From Microthyrium microscopicum (taxonomy: Eukaryota), in assembly GCA_010405405.1 (NCBI GenBank), contig MU004238.1:693530-757529 (forward strand): a stretch of 64,000 nucleotides of DNA. Reading direction: 5' to 3'. Below, piece by piece: positions 37,001-47,729 of the stretch. The translations under genes were made by a program, and so were the position numbers. Under the pieces are notes generated by a model. That model worked only from the letters and a program-made list of their open reading frames with translations, did no database searches and was not told the origin of the DNA. How positions within the stretch are numbered: the first letter of the stretch is position 1; every line of letters begins with the position of its first letter.

Positions 37001-37897
37001 CACCGCTCCCCTCGCCAAGTGCTTTCTGATTTTCACTCCAAATCCCACAACTCTACCAGTGCGCGGCTGAATACGGCCCTTGAGCAGCGCGGAGCACCTA
37101 GTCTACGCGGCAGCGATTCTCTTCCGCCTACCGCTTTAACCACATTACGTAAAGAGCATTCGCCTGCTCGTCTTCCATTCAATCAACAGCGTCTCCATGT
37201 CCATGACCGTGGCCGGCACTGGAGCATCTCTGATCCACCCTCAGCTGGTCTCGCCAGTGCCTCGACCATTAAACCTCAGCCCACACGTACAAACTCATCC
37301 ACTACACTCGCTGACCTAGCCCGTATCCGCACTATTCTGATGTGCACGGGTATCAAGGCTGCAACTCTCAACCAGCGTACGACTACAATGCCCCCAGTGC
37401 CACCGGAACAATTAATGGCTATTGCAAATAGTCTCCACAAAGAAACACCCAAAGTATCACGGGGAGAAACTCATCTTACCGCTGCCCGTCTCTTGACAGA
37501 CAGCATGGAAACGGATACCGCTGCGCTTCACGCCAGCGCCACAGCCTTTCGCGCCCAAACGATTGGCCCACTCAATTCCGCACTCGCGCAGCTTCGTACG
37601 CAACTCATCGAAGCCGCTGAGCTTGCGCGTACAGCTGGCGATGAAGCCGTCGGATTCGGTGCGGTCGTCACTGGTGCCAAAACAATCGAAGTGCGCAGTA
37701 TTGTGGAAGGCATGGAAAAGTTTCGGCGCAAGCGGCGGCGGCGGTTACGATGGATCCGCCGCGTTGGCTTCGGACTGCTGGAGTGGGGTGTCTTACTCTT
37801 CATGTGGTGGGTATGGTTGGTGGTAGTCATATGGAAGGTATTTTGGCGTAGTGTGACAGGTTTAATGAAGCTAGTACGGTGGGCACTGTGGCTATAG
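34049..37897 (+). CDS. MTC4: Mtc4-like (maintenance of telomere capping) protein with a C-terminal coiled coil and TM segment
   Basis: 1282-aa ORF. GRQYNPLQLIRNRKARAR resembles the conserved Mtc4-family motif (recalled, not searched). Basic run plus hydrophobic W-rich C-terminus. Confidence 0.75.
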   Translation: MFATPLAEKSRSQQSPASISTPSSSTPGKLPEAYNSSPPVAVDSVGSGSVSQTNHRNGSAIQESSPSVRKKNSRRIGGFLLGSTFQKGSRKRHKSPEAKDTGSNGNGKHVMQSRGSHDVARISNDAQPSNELRNFHESPGLHSSNAGTRLSYDYTPTTLTRSFDSPRQGTEDSPRTSYDPSIGPDSSDMPTKASIDASQIVSMALNLSEGRRRNFSGHNMQISRSGNAQRVVSSSGAPILQPPYGHGGTLRKHLQDQRRISRNPPDEFGRKSPGPRIPSSSFRSADANTSLPLRVSSATEARVAKARQHIELAVEYHRLLEHLPPLQPQQDIIDHVPVSDGRLPKSGATRNHHGVSLGRQYNPLQLIRNRKARARARNPLQPGAESWENPEAVDDWINIVENVATRPNYMRGDEVALPRYPPRQYDALDIAGVPADPSASTSGTTNRPTRPRLDWFTSPGEFLADAYWLEQGYHKTIIEGPMGHKLFPYMAPLQEPRASVESRHSRHGSLQLSAGSEKGVESEPESHVERRGRQRQADEQGGQEESKRFRVWQRGQRRSRSSSSRLSHSDDEEGKLARPLNKRHTSDFLDTAPLAKHLSSIMDQQQSLAPLDQSPQLVSPGTPNKWGLDQNGPRESNGAPDRNGVRENQPPPSLRLQAPFDSSSPAEIVSTRPAEELGSVDGSVPSSPILGGFMRRAGTEPFGQRERNGSPSRKPTRHLLPFVRSEHKDSKRVESGSTVEDSDRSFRKVSEEPKPTRHSLDVPSQAHHHSHLHHHHGKHLFSTKTHDSLNSETTQPSIKAKDVKEREADSAVRRFFKGGRIGDVLRGENSRSGSMRRKREPTSDPHANMDADTESMDESDTDDISGSEQASQNKRDPKLHKIVTSGMDSTDSSHSPRKLKLKYNFELPAFRPANPSLLSSRPSTPEQEKRNKFFQAQSPLREDKLLHKQKRSPDTPGDSTTSLSLIPTGSTFNSPEQNVQHAHHHRSPRQVLSDFHSKSHNSTSARLNTALEQRGAPSLRGSDSLPPTALTTLRKEHSPARLPFNQQRLHVHDRGRHWSISDPPSAGLASASTIKPQPTRTNSSTTLADLARIRTILMCTGIKAATLNQRTTTMPPVPPEQLMAIANSLHKETPKVSRGETHLTAARLLTDSMETDTAALHASATAFRAQTIGPLNSALAQLRTQLIEAAELARTAGDEAVGFGAVVTGAKTIEVRSIVEGMEKFRRKRRRRLRWIRRVGFGLLEWGVLLFMWWVWLVVVIWKVFWRSVTGLMKLVRWALWL

Positions 37898-38009
37898 AAT
37901 CCCTCAAGGTCCCACCATGTTTTCCTATGTATCATATAGTTTGTTCGGTTAGGCGTTTTGCATTGCATGGCGATGAGCGAGCATCCGGATGTTAGTCCGG
38001 CGATATTGA

Positions 38010-38769
38010 ATAGCAACTACCTGCGATTGTACCAAAACAGACGAAGTCGAGAAACTGGCTAGTGATGTCAAGGCAACATTTGGGCGCGTTGATATTGTGG
38101 TTGCTAACGCCGGTGTCCTGTCGGATCATCTGTACGACGACAATGGAAAGATCACAGGATTTCCAGTTGGTACTCTTGAAGAACCCGATTTTGAGCGTAC
38201 CATGACGAACAACATCTTCGGCACACGAAATACAGCCAAATACTTCCTCCCTCTCCTGAGCCAATCCAAGGATGGTGCGAAGATGTTCGTTGCAACCAGT
38301 TCTAGTTGTGCTTGGTTGGAACACACTCAGATATCGCCCTTGGGATACAACCTTTCTAAGTTGGTCATCAATCGAATGGTTGAGAGTATCCACAATTATT
38401 ACCATGAGAAGGATGGAATCGTTGCCTATTCAATTCACCCTGGGCAAATCAAAACTGATTTGACGAAACGCACCCAGGAGCTACCTAATGCGGCAATGTG
38501 GGAAGCTGGTAAGAACTTCACAACAAGACACGTCTTTGTGTTCCCAAGTTGTCGCTGACTTTCGACATCTTCATGGCAATACTGACGAGCGCATAGTACT
38601 AGTCGACGATGTGAGCCTCCCTGGCGGCTTTGTTACATCGCTAGCAAAAGAGAAACCGCAATGGCTGTCTGGACGATATCTTACAGCAAATTGGGATGTC
38701 GATGAACTTCTGGCAATGAAGGATGACATTGTACCTCAGGATAAATTGAAGGCACGCATGATCATCTAG
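38010..38769 (+). pseudogene. Short-chain dehydrogenase/reductase lacking its N-terminal Rossmann segment; intron 38509-38596
   Basis: FGRVDIVVANAG, catalytic YNLSK, IHPGQIKT and WLSGRYLTANWDVDEL are present. There is an in-frame TGA at 38007, no TGxxxGxG motif, and only ~110 bp to the upstream gene's stop. Confidence 0.65.
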
Positions 38770-38826
38770 ACATTACTTTATATCCTACAGAAATTGTCAT
38801 ACAACATTTACAGTCCAGCCAATACA

Positions 38827-40552
38827 TTACGCTTCACCTTCCGCTCGTTCCAGTGACTTGTTCAGAAGATGCCAAAACACATTAACGTCCAGTGTCCGCG
38901 GTATTCGTATGCCCTTGGATCCTTTGGGCAGCATGTGGCAGATTGTTCGCCCGCATTGGCCAATATCGCGGCCATTGTGCCTGGGACCGCCTGTCAGATT
39001 CTCGTCTCCAGCTGTGACCACGTGGACGGAGAAGCGCTCGCCGTCGCCATCGTGAAATATCTCGGGTGCGAGAATGATAGCAGCTGTAAGAGGGTCGTGC
39101 AATGGTGGTCCAGAACACATATTGAACTCGTTGGCATATGTACTAGCAAAGTAGGTGAGGATCTCGTTAAAGAGTTTGCGGACCATAGTAACGTCCTGTT
39201 TGGAAGATGGCTCTTTGCTTCCGTATTGAAGAAGTTTGACGACTTCTTCATTGGCGAGGACTTGATGTGTTAGGTCGAGTGGGATAAGCGTGGTCTTGGG
39301 TGCTAAAATCGGATTTTGGAAGACGGCAGAGGCAGCCTCTGGGTCGCAATAGATCTTGACCATGTTAGTATAATGATCTTGCATGTCTCGTCAGACACTT
39401 TACATTGAATTCGGCATAAGGCGACCAGTTACCGAAACTGGATCGAGCTTGGTCGAGCAGGAAGTGAACTCTCTCATCGTCCATATCGTCGGGCGGCTTT
39501 AGAATTCCTAGCTCTTTGAAATGTTTCGCAACCTCTGGAATGGTCATATTCGAGTCATCTGGAAGTCCTCCAGGAAATTCCTTGTGTAGAGTTCTAGCTA
39601 ATTCAAGTCGCTCTGACAGTCGGCCACACGGAGCGTGTGAGAAGAAGCCGCCAATTGCGCCACCCATTATCGATAGTCCGGCGATGCTTTCGGCAAGGTC
39701 TGGGTAGACTGCAAAAAGAAGCCCGATGTTTGTCAGCGCTCCTGTAGAAATCAACCAGGCTTTGCCTGGGTACGCAGTTAATGCTGCGTGTATGGCACCA
39801 ATCGCTCCGTTTGGATGACTGCATGCTGTGGCTTTGGGCGTTGGTAGAACTGTCGTTCCGTCCAAACCTGACTCTCCTATGATGCACAAACATGATGTTA
39901 GAAAGATATCCAAGGGGGTTTGAAGTTCGAAAATGGCTGCTATCCAAACATTGGCATACCGTGAATAGATTCAGCGTGCGCCTAGATCTTGTCAGTCTAT
40001 ATCCATTGTGGGTTTGGAGATTCCAGGCGAGTACTCTGTTGATCCGTAGTTGCAACTTTGCAGGCAGAGCGCTTTCATTACCGGAATTGCAACCAAAGAA
40101 AAAGATATCAGGTAATGATAGGTTAGGATAAGACATACCACTTCACGACAAAAGGGCTTTGCAGCACCTGGATAGACAGGAATATCTCTGCGCCCAATTG
40201 CTTCGAGCACGCTAAGTGAATTTCTAGTCGTGTTCTCGAGACTAGAGTTGCCGTGGACTGTACTGATACCGAGTAGCTTGAACCGTGGACATTGAGCTAG
40301 AAGAAGAATCGCAAAGGCGTCCTGAGAGTTTCATGTCAGCCAAAACGCGCTAATATCTCCGACTTGAATTACACACATCATGTCCTAAGAATCGTTAGTA
40401 CAGGTATCTAAAAAATGATTATGCGCTGAGCCCAAGATCGCACCAGTATCACAATCTAACCAGACTGGTATCTCTTCTTCCGCGGATGGTGATGGATTCC
40501 AAAGTCGTGCTGCTAATTCAGAGATTTCTCTAGAAGCCAGCCCTTGATCCAT
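38827..40552 (-). CDS. URH1: Inosine/uridine-preferring nucleoside hydrolase; 6 exons (introns 40385-40443, 40322-40376, 39982-40138, 39877-39959, 39355-39403)
   Basis: Spliced motifs WLDCDTG|HD|DAFAI, STVHGN, IHG|ESGLDG, TGALTN, MGGAIG, AEFN|IYCDPEAA, PLDLTH, PPLHDPL. Confidence 0.92.
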
Positions 40553-40855
40553 AGTATGATGGTGATACCAAAAGATCGGCACTGTTTGACCGAGTTACAG
40601 AGAGTTCCCAAGTGCTCTCGAGGAGTAGAGTGACACAAGCCCGATCTAGCAGTTGGCTTCCTAAAATGGATGGGCGTCGAAATGACCGACCAATCATAGG
40701 TTGTCACTACCAGAGCTAAGCCCTTTTCTGCTAGACCAAAGCCATGTACGTCGTTCTCTTGGATTGACATTCAACATCTGTACCATCGATATCTTCTTTA
40801 CAATGTTTCGATAGACAAAAGAAGATTTCTATCATCAGTCTAGCTTCCCCTTACA

Positions 40856-42765
40856 ATGGGATACTTGGGGTTTGAGTTCGTCTCACTGACGCCAGAACAA
40901 GTTGCCTCCCGTCGAATATCTCTGGACAACTATGCTCGAATCGCGGTAAGACTTCCCCCAATATACATCAAGGACTGGTGTTGCAGCTCTTCTGTCTTCG
41001 CGTCGAATATGGCGAGCCTGTCAGCTTCATCTTTTCACTTAGTATAACACTAACGAGCTCTAGCAATCGTCACAAGTAATGGTCCTCATAACATTGGCTG
41101 TAGGACAGGTGCTGTGGAGAACGATTGAATCGTGGAACTATGGTGATAGCAAGCAACAATCCAGCTCATCCCTCGGTCTGCGTCAATTCAAGACCTGGCG
41201 ATGGAGGCTTGGAGATGAAGTTCTCCCCGGATTCGGAACCTGGAAGCAATGGATTGGAGGATTATCATGGACGATTTGGCTAGCAATTCTGTGTATTCGA
41301 GATACTAGTCCAGGTATGATGAGACTACGAATTATGAGTATACGTTCCGGTATTGACAACCACTAGATTACATGCATCTTACCAAAAGATTTGGTATTGT
41401 CGCGGCTTCACAACTGCCATTACATTTCCTTCTCGCTATGAAGAGTCCTTATTCACCTATTCAGATCATACTTCAGACGTCTCATGAATCACTTAATGCT
41501 GTAAGACCCCTTGACCATGTCTCATGGCTATCAAATGACTATTTGATTAGTTGTAAGCTTACAGAACTTAGGTCCATCATGTTCTTGGTCGAATCATCAT
41601 GTTCTTCTTAGTGCTTCATGCTTCCTTTTACCTCAACTTCTTTGCTCAAATTGGAGTACTCTCGAAGCGTATTAGAGATAAAGATGTTATGTTGGGTGTA
41701 AGTAGTATACTACTTCTTCTCACCATCGGAAGTACGGCAACAAGCCAGATTCGTGGCTGGAATTATCGCCTTTTCTACTCTATCCATGTCATTGTTCCTC
41801 CTATTCTTCTTTCCCTTCTTTATTTCCACGTCACGCACATCAGGCTATATGTACTTCAAAGCGCATTTCTGTTCTTACTCAATATTGCTACGAGGTTGTG
41901 GCATAGCAAAAGAGTGTCTATGGAGGTATCTATCCCTAATGACGCAAATCTGGTCAAGATGTCTACATCTTCCGCAACCGTATTGAATGGCTGGGAAGCC
42001 GGACAACATGTTTACATTCGCAAAGATACAGGACTAGGGTCATATCTGAGATCGTACCCCCTTACGATTGCAACTTTCTGGAAAAGCCAAGACCCAGTAT
42101 TCAATTTGATTGCTCGAGCAAAAACCAAGGCGGGATATCTTAGCACTTCTAGTCAGGTGTTACTAGGTTCGCATCCGCAGGAGAATTCAGCAAGTCATAT
42201 GCCTGTGGATGAATCTAAACCCATCAATTTATTCTTGGAAGGTCCATATGGCGATTCCAAGTTCCTACCAAAAGTCACGAACTTTGAATCCATCATTCTG
42301 GTTGCCGGTGGAATTGGAGCTACTTATATTTTGCCCGTTTGGCGCGAGATTTTAGTGCGGAGAAAAGGACCGGAATCCAAGGGTGGAACAGTGCCACAGG
42401 TAAAATTAGTTTGGACTCTTAGGAATATCCATGAAACGGACTGGGCAACCAACACACTTCGAGACGGCAGTAGCCAACACTTTTCGACAGACCAATGTCT
42501 ACTACACCTCTCGACTGCTACAGCACAATCTGTTGATTTGGATCAGTCCTTGAAAGACAAGGCCAAAGATCTTGGCTTTTCTTTACAACCAGGACGTCCA
42601 AACTTCAAAGACATCGTGGATTATACCTTTATGAAAACTGAAGGTCGAGTCGGATTGTTTGTCTGCGGACCAAAAGGCATGGCACATAGTCTACGGGAGC
42701 AAGTTGGCAAGCATGTCATGAGAGGAAGAGATGTGTTTTGGCATGCTGAAGAATTTGGATTGTAA
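40856..42765 (+). CDS. Ferric reductase-like transmembrane oxidoreductase (FAD/NADPH-binding); introns 40946-41063, 41314-41366, 41501-41571
   Basis: DYMHLTKRFG, heme-His candidates (VHHVLGR, VLHAS, SIHV, YFHV), GQHVYI, LEGPYG, LVAGGIGATY, GRP, FVCGP, HAEEFG. All splice junctions are in frame. Confidence 0.9.
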
Positions 42766-42803
42766 GATGATGCCGAAATGACAATCTTTGGATATGGGCT
42801 GTA

Positions 42804-44091
42804 TCATATTAAATCTGTAAAGTCTATAAGTACTTTGAGCACCAAGTTGTTATTGTTGTCCACAGGCTTGGTGGCCAATTCGAAAGCCTTGTCAATCTCT
42901 CCGAAACCTCGAGTTCTATGTGTGATCAACGAACCGAAGTTTGGTCCATCACCGCAAGGTGAGCTAATCAGTTCCACAGCTTTGGGATACGCATTGGCAT
43001 ATCTAAACACCCCTATAAGATCAACTTCTCGCATCCCAACTTCCGTTATTGGAATATGTTGATTAGGAGATCCCATTCCGATCACCATTACTTTACCACC
43101 AGATTTGGCAGCCTGGACAATGAGGAGTCAGTGAAGCTTATTTCAAAAACGATTGGTAGACTTACAAAGATGGCCGTCTGCATACTTGCTTGAGCTCCTG
43201 TACATTCGAATACGGCATCAAAGCTAGATGGCAATCCAACGTCTGTGAGGTGTTGTATGCTAGACTTTGCTGCTCTTAGTTGTTCTTCAAGTCTAGTACA
43301 ATATGCCGGCGGAACTTCCCAGCCTTTATGTGCGAATCCATTATCTACAGCGAAGTGAACTCGATCCGCGTTGATGTCTGCAATCACCACAAGGTCGGCT
43401 TTGTTTACCTTTGCAATAGCTGCGACCAGAAGTCCGATAGTACCAGCCCCAAGCACTAAAACAGTCTTTCCAGGTTGTAGTGATGCCCGTTGATTTGCAT
43501 GTATGGCTACACTCAATGGCTCAACAAGAGCACCTTGCTCGAATGTTGTTGTTGATGGCAGTCTAGAGCATTAGCTTAGGAGACGATTGTAGAGTCTTGA
43601 ACGACTCACTTATGGCAATATCTCGCAGCGTGGTTGATTCTCTGTTGCAATGTCCCCTGAGCATGCGGGAAATACCTCGCAGAGCTTCGAAACCTCATAT
43701 CCGGACAGATATTATATCTCCCTGCCTTGCACTGCTCACATTCTTCACAAGGCACTCCAACTTCCAATGCCACTCTATCACCGACTTCAAACTGCCCTCT
43801 GGCAGTCTCCCCAACTGCTACAACCACGCCAGCAGATTCGTGTCCCAAGACTAGTGGCTCTTTGACCATGTTGTTGCCAACACGATAGTCTCGGTAGTAG
43901 TGCACATCACTGCCGCAGATACCAGTACATTTGATAGCAACTTGCACTTCATCCGGTGCGGGAGGTTCAATGGACCGTAGCTCCTTTCAAGTTTCAGTCT
44001 GATGCTTGATAGAAGCGCTACTCTTGGACCATACCACGCGCATGTCTCCCGCGCCATGAAGGACAGCTGCTTTGACTTGAGAGCCCGTCAT
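42804..44091 (-). CDS. Zn-dependent medium-chain polyol dehydrogenase (sorbitol/L-idonate dehydrogenase family); introns 43984-44034, 43563-43609, 43113-43165
   Basis: AAVLHGAGDMRV, GICGSDVHYY, LGHESAG, GDRVALEVG, four-Cys Zn site CEECEQCKAGRYNIC, EPLSVAIHA, GAGTIG, GVFRYAN. Confidence 0.93.
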
Positions 44092-44674
44092 TCTGAAATG
44101 AACCCGGAGTTGACACGATCAAGTCAGTGAACTACAGATTGGGGAAAGAAAGTCCAGAAAGTATCCGCAGGTTATCAATTCAGAAAGGCGCCAAACGGGA
44201 CGAGTGATAATGAAGCCTATGTTCCGGCCTTACTTTTCAGTACTAGAACAAACAACATTTCGATATGCAAGTGGTTGAATATGATCCGAGGTCAGCAAAA
44301 CTTTAAAGTCACGTTCCCAAATCTTAACCCGTGGATGTTTGAGTGGACCTGTGCCCCTCTCGCTGCCTTTGAAGCCTGAAGCTAAGCGCTTCATATAGCT
44401 TGGTGCATGAGACTGGATTTTAGCACTGTAGGGAGTAGTTCGGAGCCTGCTCTGTGTCTAATTTTCTAACAAGTAAGTGGGAGCCGATTGAGAAGTCTGT
44501 ACGAACATCATATCAGAGCCGATTGCGGAGGAAGGAAGCTGTAATGGAACGTCACTAGATGCATAAACACGTTCCTTACGTTAGCTTAATCTATATCATC
44601 CAGAAACACGAGAGCGAATCAGTATCAGTATACAATTCCATAAATATATCTTGCGTAACCACATCCTTTTCACC

Positions 44675-45508
44675 ATGTCTGGAGTATTGTCCCTATTCTC
44701 GCTAGAAGGTCAATTGGCTTTATGTACCGGAGCAACTCGTGGAATAGGACAAGCCACGGCTCTCGGTTTAGCGGAAGCTGGAGCAGATGTCATTCTAGCA
44801 CAAGTATGATACATGCCTTGCGCATTTACCACAAGCTGACAACGAGAAAAGCGAGATATAAGCAACGTAGAAACCAAGACCCAGATCGAGGCTTTGGGAC
44901 GCAAAGCATACATATATGAATGCGAATTCTCATCACAACCATCTGTCGCTACGCTAATACCAGCCATACTGAAAGACAACCACAAACCAACAATCCTAGT
45001 GAACTGTGCTGGCATCCAACGACGCCATCCAGCAGCAGAGTTTCCCGATACCGATTGGAACGATGTCATTCAAGTCAACCTCACTTCGGTATTCAGCCTT
45101 AGTCGTGACTTTGGTGCACATCTTCTCTCCCAGCCAGCCGATCCTTCCGGAAGACGAGGCGCAATCATCATGGTCGCGTCGATCATGACTTTCCAAGGTG
45201 GCATCATGGTCCCAGCATATGCAGCTGCTAAAGGTGGCATCGGAACATTGACTATGGCGCTGAACAATGAATGGGCTGGCAAAGGCATCAACGTCAACGC
45301 GATAGCACCTGGTTATGTTGCAACAGAGTTGACCGAGGCACTCCAGAAAGATCCAGATCGTGCGCCGAGTATCACGGCAAGGATTCCTGCGGGAAGATGG
45401 GCCAAGCCAGAGGACTTCAAAGGTGTTACTGTCTGGCTGGCAAGCCGAGCCAGTTCCTATGTGAGTGGAGAGACGGTTGTGGTAGATGGTGGCTGGATGG
45501 GAAGATAG
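44675..45508 (+). CDS. SDR of the KduD/IdnO (2-deoxy-D-gluconate 3-dehydrogenase / gluconate 5-dehydrogenase) type; intron 44804-44851
   Basis: [77 protein letters not shown]. Confidence 0.93.
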
Positions 45509-45849
45509 TGTTTAATGTTGAAAGCCACCGCATATGACAGTATTACAAGATTATCGAGAAGAATAAAGTCTAAATTTTCGCCATGTGATGATTTTCTGGC
45601 GTGTTTGCGAACGAATGCAGCCTTGAAATTTAGCATTCCAAAAGCTTTTCTGGCCTCGACCTTATTCTGCTGCAGGTTGATCTAATCCTTCCTTCTGCTA
45701 TTTCACAAGCGGGTGTTTACATATTCTCGTGCTTGAGATAGCCTGCGTTGGTATTGCCTCGAAGAAAGCATGCCGTTGATTCTGCAGTTGACAGACGCGT
45801 GAATATCTAGACTTGATGGGTTCGTGGGAGTAGAGATGGTTGAGACCTT

Positions 45850-47457
45850 TCAGCCCCCTTTTTGAGCAAATCGAGAAAGAGCCGGTCCAAATTGCTCCTG
45901 TTGCTTGGCTAAACGATCTTGTTCTCTGGTAGTCTGTTTCTTCCGCATTTCTTCGATTCGTACTTTCCGCTCGTCGATAACGTTCTTCATTCCACGCTTT
46001 CGTTGTAGTCTACGGAGTGCACTGTTGCGACCCCTACCTCTATTCTTCAGTTGCTCAATCTTGTCTTCCGGTTTTCTATCCAGATCCTTTTCTCGTTGCT
46101 TAGTTATGTGTGTAGCCAAGTCAATAGTTCCAACAAATTCGGGATTCAAGGAAATCATTCCAGGCTGAAGTTTGTTCATTAGACCGCGTACTTCGGATTC
46201 CTGTCGTTGTTTCTTCGTCTCATACGGATTGACCTCGAGTGCATCGAAATTGGGTTCTCCGGCTCCAGGTACTAGAACCGAGGTGAATCCCTTGTCATGA
46301 GATACACCCAAAATATCCTCGAACGGACACCATTGAACATTCTCCACTCGCTGACCTTCACCGCCCCAAGCCATATATGGACTCTGGACTTTTTCTTGAT
46401 CCGCTTTATTCTTGTCAAAGAGACCTTTCCAGACAGTAACTTGTGTACCCCAAGATACAGCGGTCATATTTCGATCGCTGATATCCAGAGATGTACCCGG
46501 CGTTCGCAAGAAGTAGGTGTTGACGGGCTTGAACATGCGAATATCCCAGACAGCCATTTTCGAGTCGCTTCCAGTGGAAACCATGTATCGACCATCTCGA
46601 TCAATTCCCATGCTTCTAACTGGCCCGCGATGAGCAAGCATCTTGACGAGTGGAGTTGACGAATTTGGTGACCAAAGAGTGACAGTACCATTTTGATGGC
46701 CGACGTGCATTATAGCATTGTGCGGATTTTGGGTGAGGGATGTAGGAGTACCGAGTTTTGTGGGAAGTTCGGTTACGAGTTGGCCAGTACTGGTGTCCGT
46801 GTATTTAAGATAGCCTGCATTGCCAATGGTGGAGAGGAGGAAATGGAACGGGAGAAACTCCATGAACTGCACTTCAATGTGCTTATCGAGCCGATGAATT
46901 TCCACGCCAGATTGGTCATAGATGTAAACATACTTCTTCTGCGCAACTGCAAAAGTGAGACTGTTGTGTAGCCATGTAGCATCTCGAACAGTTTCCTGTA
47001 GTTGTATCTCACATCCCAATGCCCCGTCTCGCCAATCCATTGTCGCAATATGACCTTTCCGCCCGGCCAGGAGCAGCTGTCTTCCATTTCGTGTGTAGGA
47101 TGTTTTATATGGACCTAACTCCTCCAATTTCAATTCAAATCCTTTCTTTGCGGTCTCTGTTGAAACTTCGGCGAGTATATCTTCCTGCTTGACTTTGTAT
47201 GTGCGCTCCAGAGGACCATCCGGTTCGAGAAGTCCCTCGTTATGCTCGAGAAGGATTTCTGCATCTTTAGCACGAATAGCTGCATCTTTAAACTTTTCCT
47301 CGAGGGCTTTGAGGTTGCCGCGGAGCTTTTTGTCTTTGATAGACTTGGTTCGGATCTTGTCGCCGCGGCCATACTCGGTGGTAGCCGCCTGTTCGTGTGC
47401 TTTTAACTTGACAGTATCAGCGTCGACAAGCTGCTGCTGCTTACTTGTTGGCGCCAT
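45850..47457 (-). CDS. UTP7: SSU processome WD40/BING4CT protein Utp7 (WDR46)
   Basis: YTRNGRQLLLAGRKGH, FAVAQKKYVYIYD, GHQNGTVTLWSP, CPFEDILG, VPGAGEPNFDALEVNPYET. Confidence 0.96.
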   Translation of the reverse strand: MAPTSKQQQLVDADTVKLKAHEQAATTEYGRGDKIRTKSIKDKKLRGNLKALEEKFKDAAIRAKDAEILLEHNEGLLEPDGPLERTYKVKQEDILAEVSTETAKKGFELKLEELGPYKTSYTRNGRQLLLAGRKGHIATMDWRDGALGCEIQLQETVRDATWLHNSLTFAVAQKKYVYIYDQSGVEIHRLDKHIEVQFMEFLPFHFLLSTIGNAGYLKYTDTSTGQLVTELPTKLGTPTSLTQNPHNAIMHVGHQNGTVTLWSPNSSTPLVKMLAHRGPVRSMGIDRDGRYMVSTGSDSKMAVWDIRMFKPVNTYFLRTPGTSLDISDRNMTAVSWGTQVTVWKGLFDKNKADQEKVQSPYMAWGGEGQRVENVQWCPFEDILGVSHDKGFTSVLVPGAGEPNFDALEVNPYETKKQRQESEVRGLMNKLQPGMISLNPEFVGTIDLATHITKQREKDLDRKPEDKIEQLKNRGRGRNSALRRLQRKRGMKNVIDERKVRIEEMRKKQTTREQDRLAKQQEQFGPALSRFAQKGG

Positions 47458-47729
47458 GATGTGAGAATGGTGGAGGAATATCGGCTCGCAGGTTGACGAG
47501 AATGAAATAAAAATGTTCTAGCTGATCGAGCACGGACCAGGATTGTTGGTGGGCTGGAAAAGCTGGATCTAATCTTATCCACATGCCCCCACCTTGATCC
47601 GACAAAAAAAATCCAGAAGCCGGGAAAGTGTAAACACATCGCATCAGCTCATATACAACCGAACTTTTGCGATTAAATCCTACCTACGTCCTGGCGAATC
47701 CACTACCCTACCGCTTCAAGGCCGGCTCT
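47458..47729. promoter_or_regulatory. Compact bidirectional promoter shared by two ribosome-biogenesis genes
   Basis: 272 bp between the divergent UTP7 and TSR1 start codons; contains CTTATC (~47574) and an A8 tract (~47604-47611). Confidence 0.6.

Noticed and set aside
2460..45508. GH30 xylanase + lactonase + dehydrogenase pair as one glucuronoxylan utilisation cluster
   Set aside because: The genes are 16-22 kb apart with many unrelated housekeeping genes between them.
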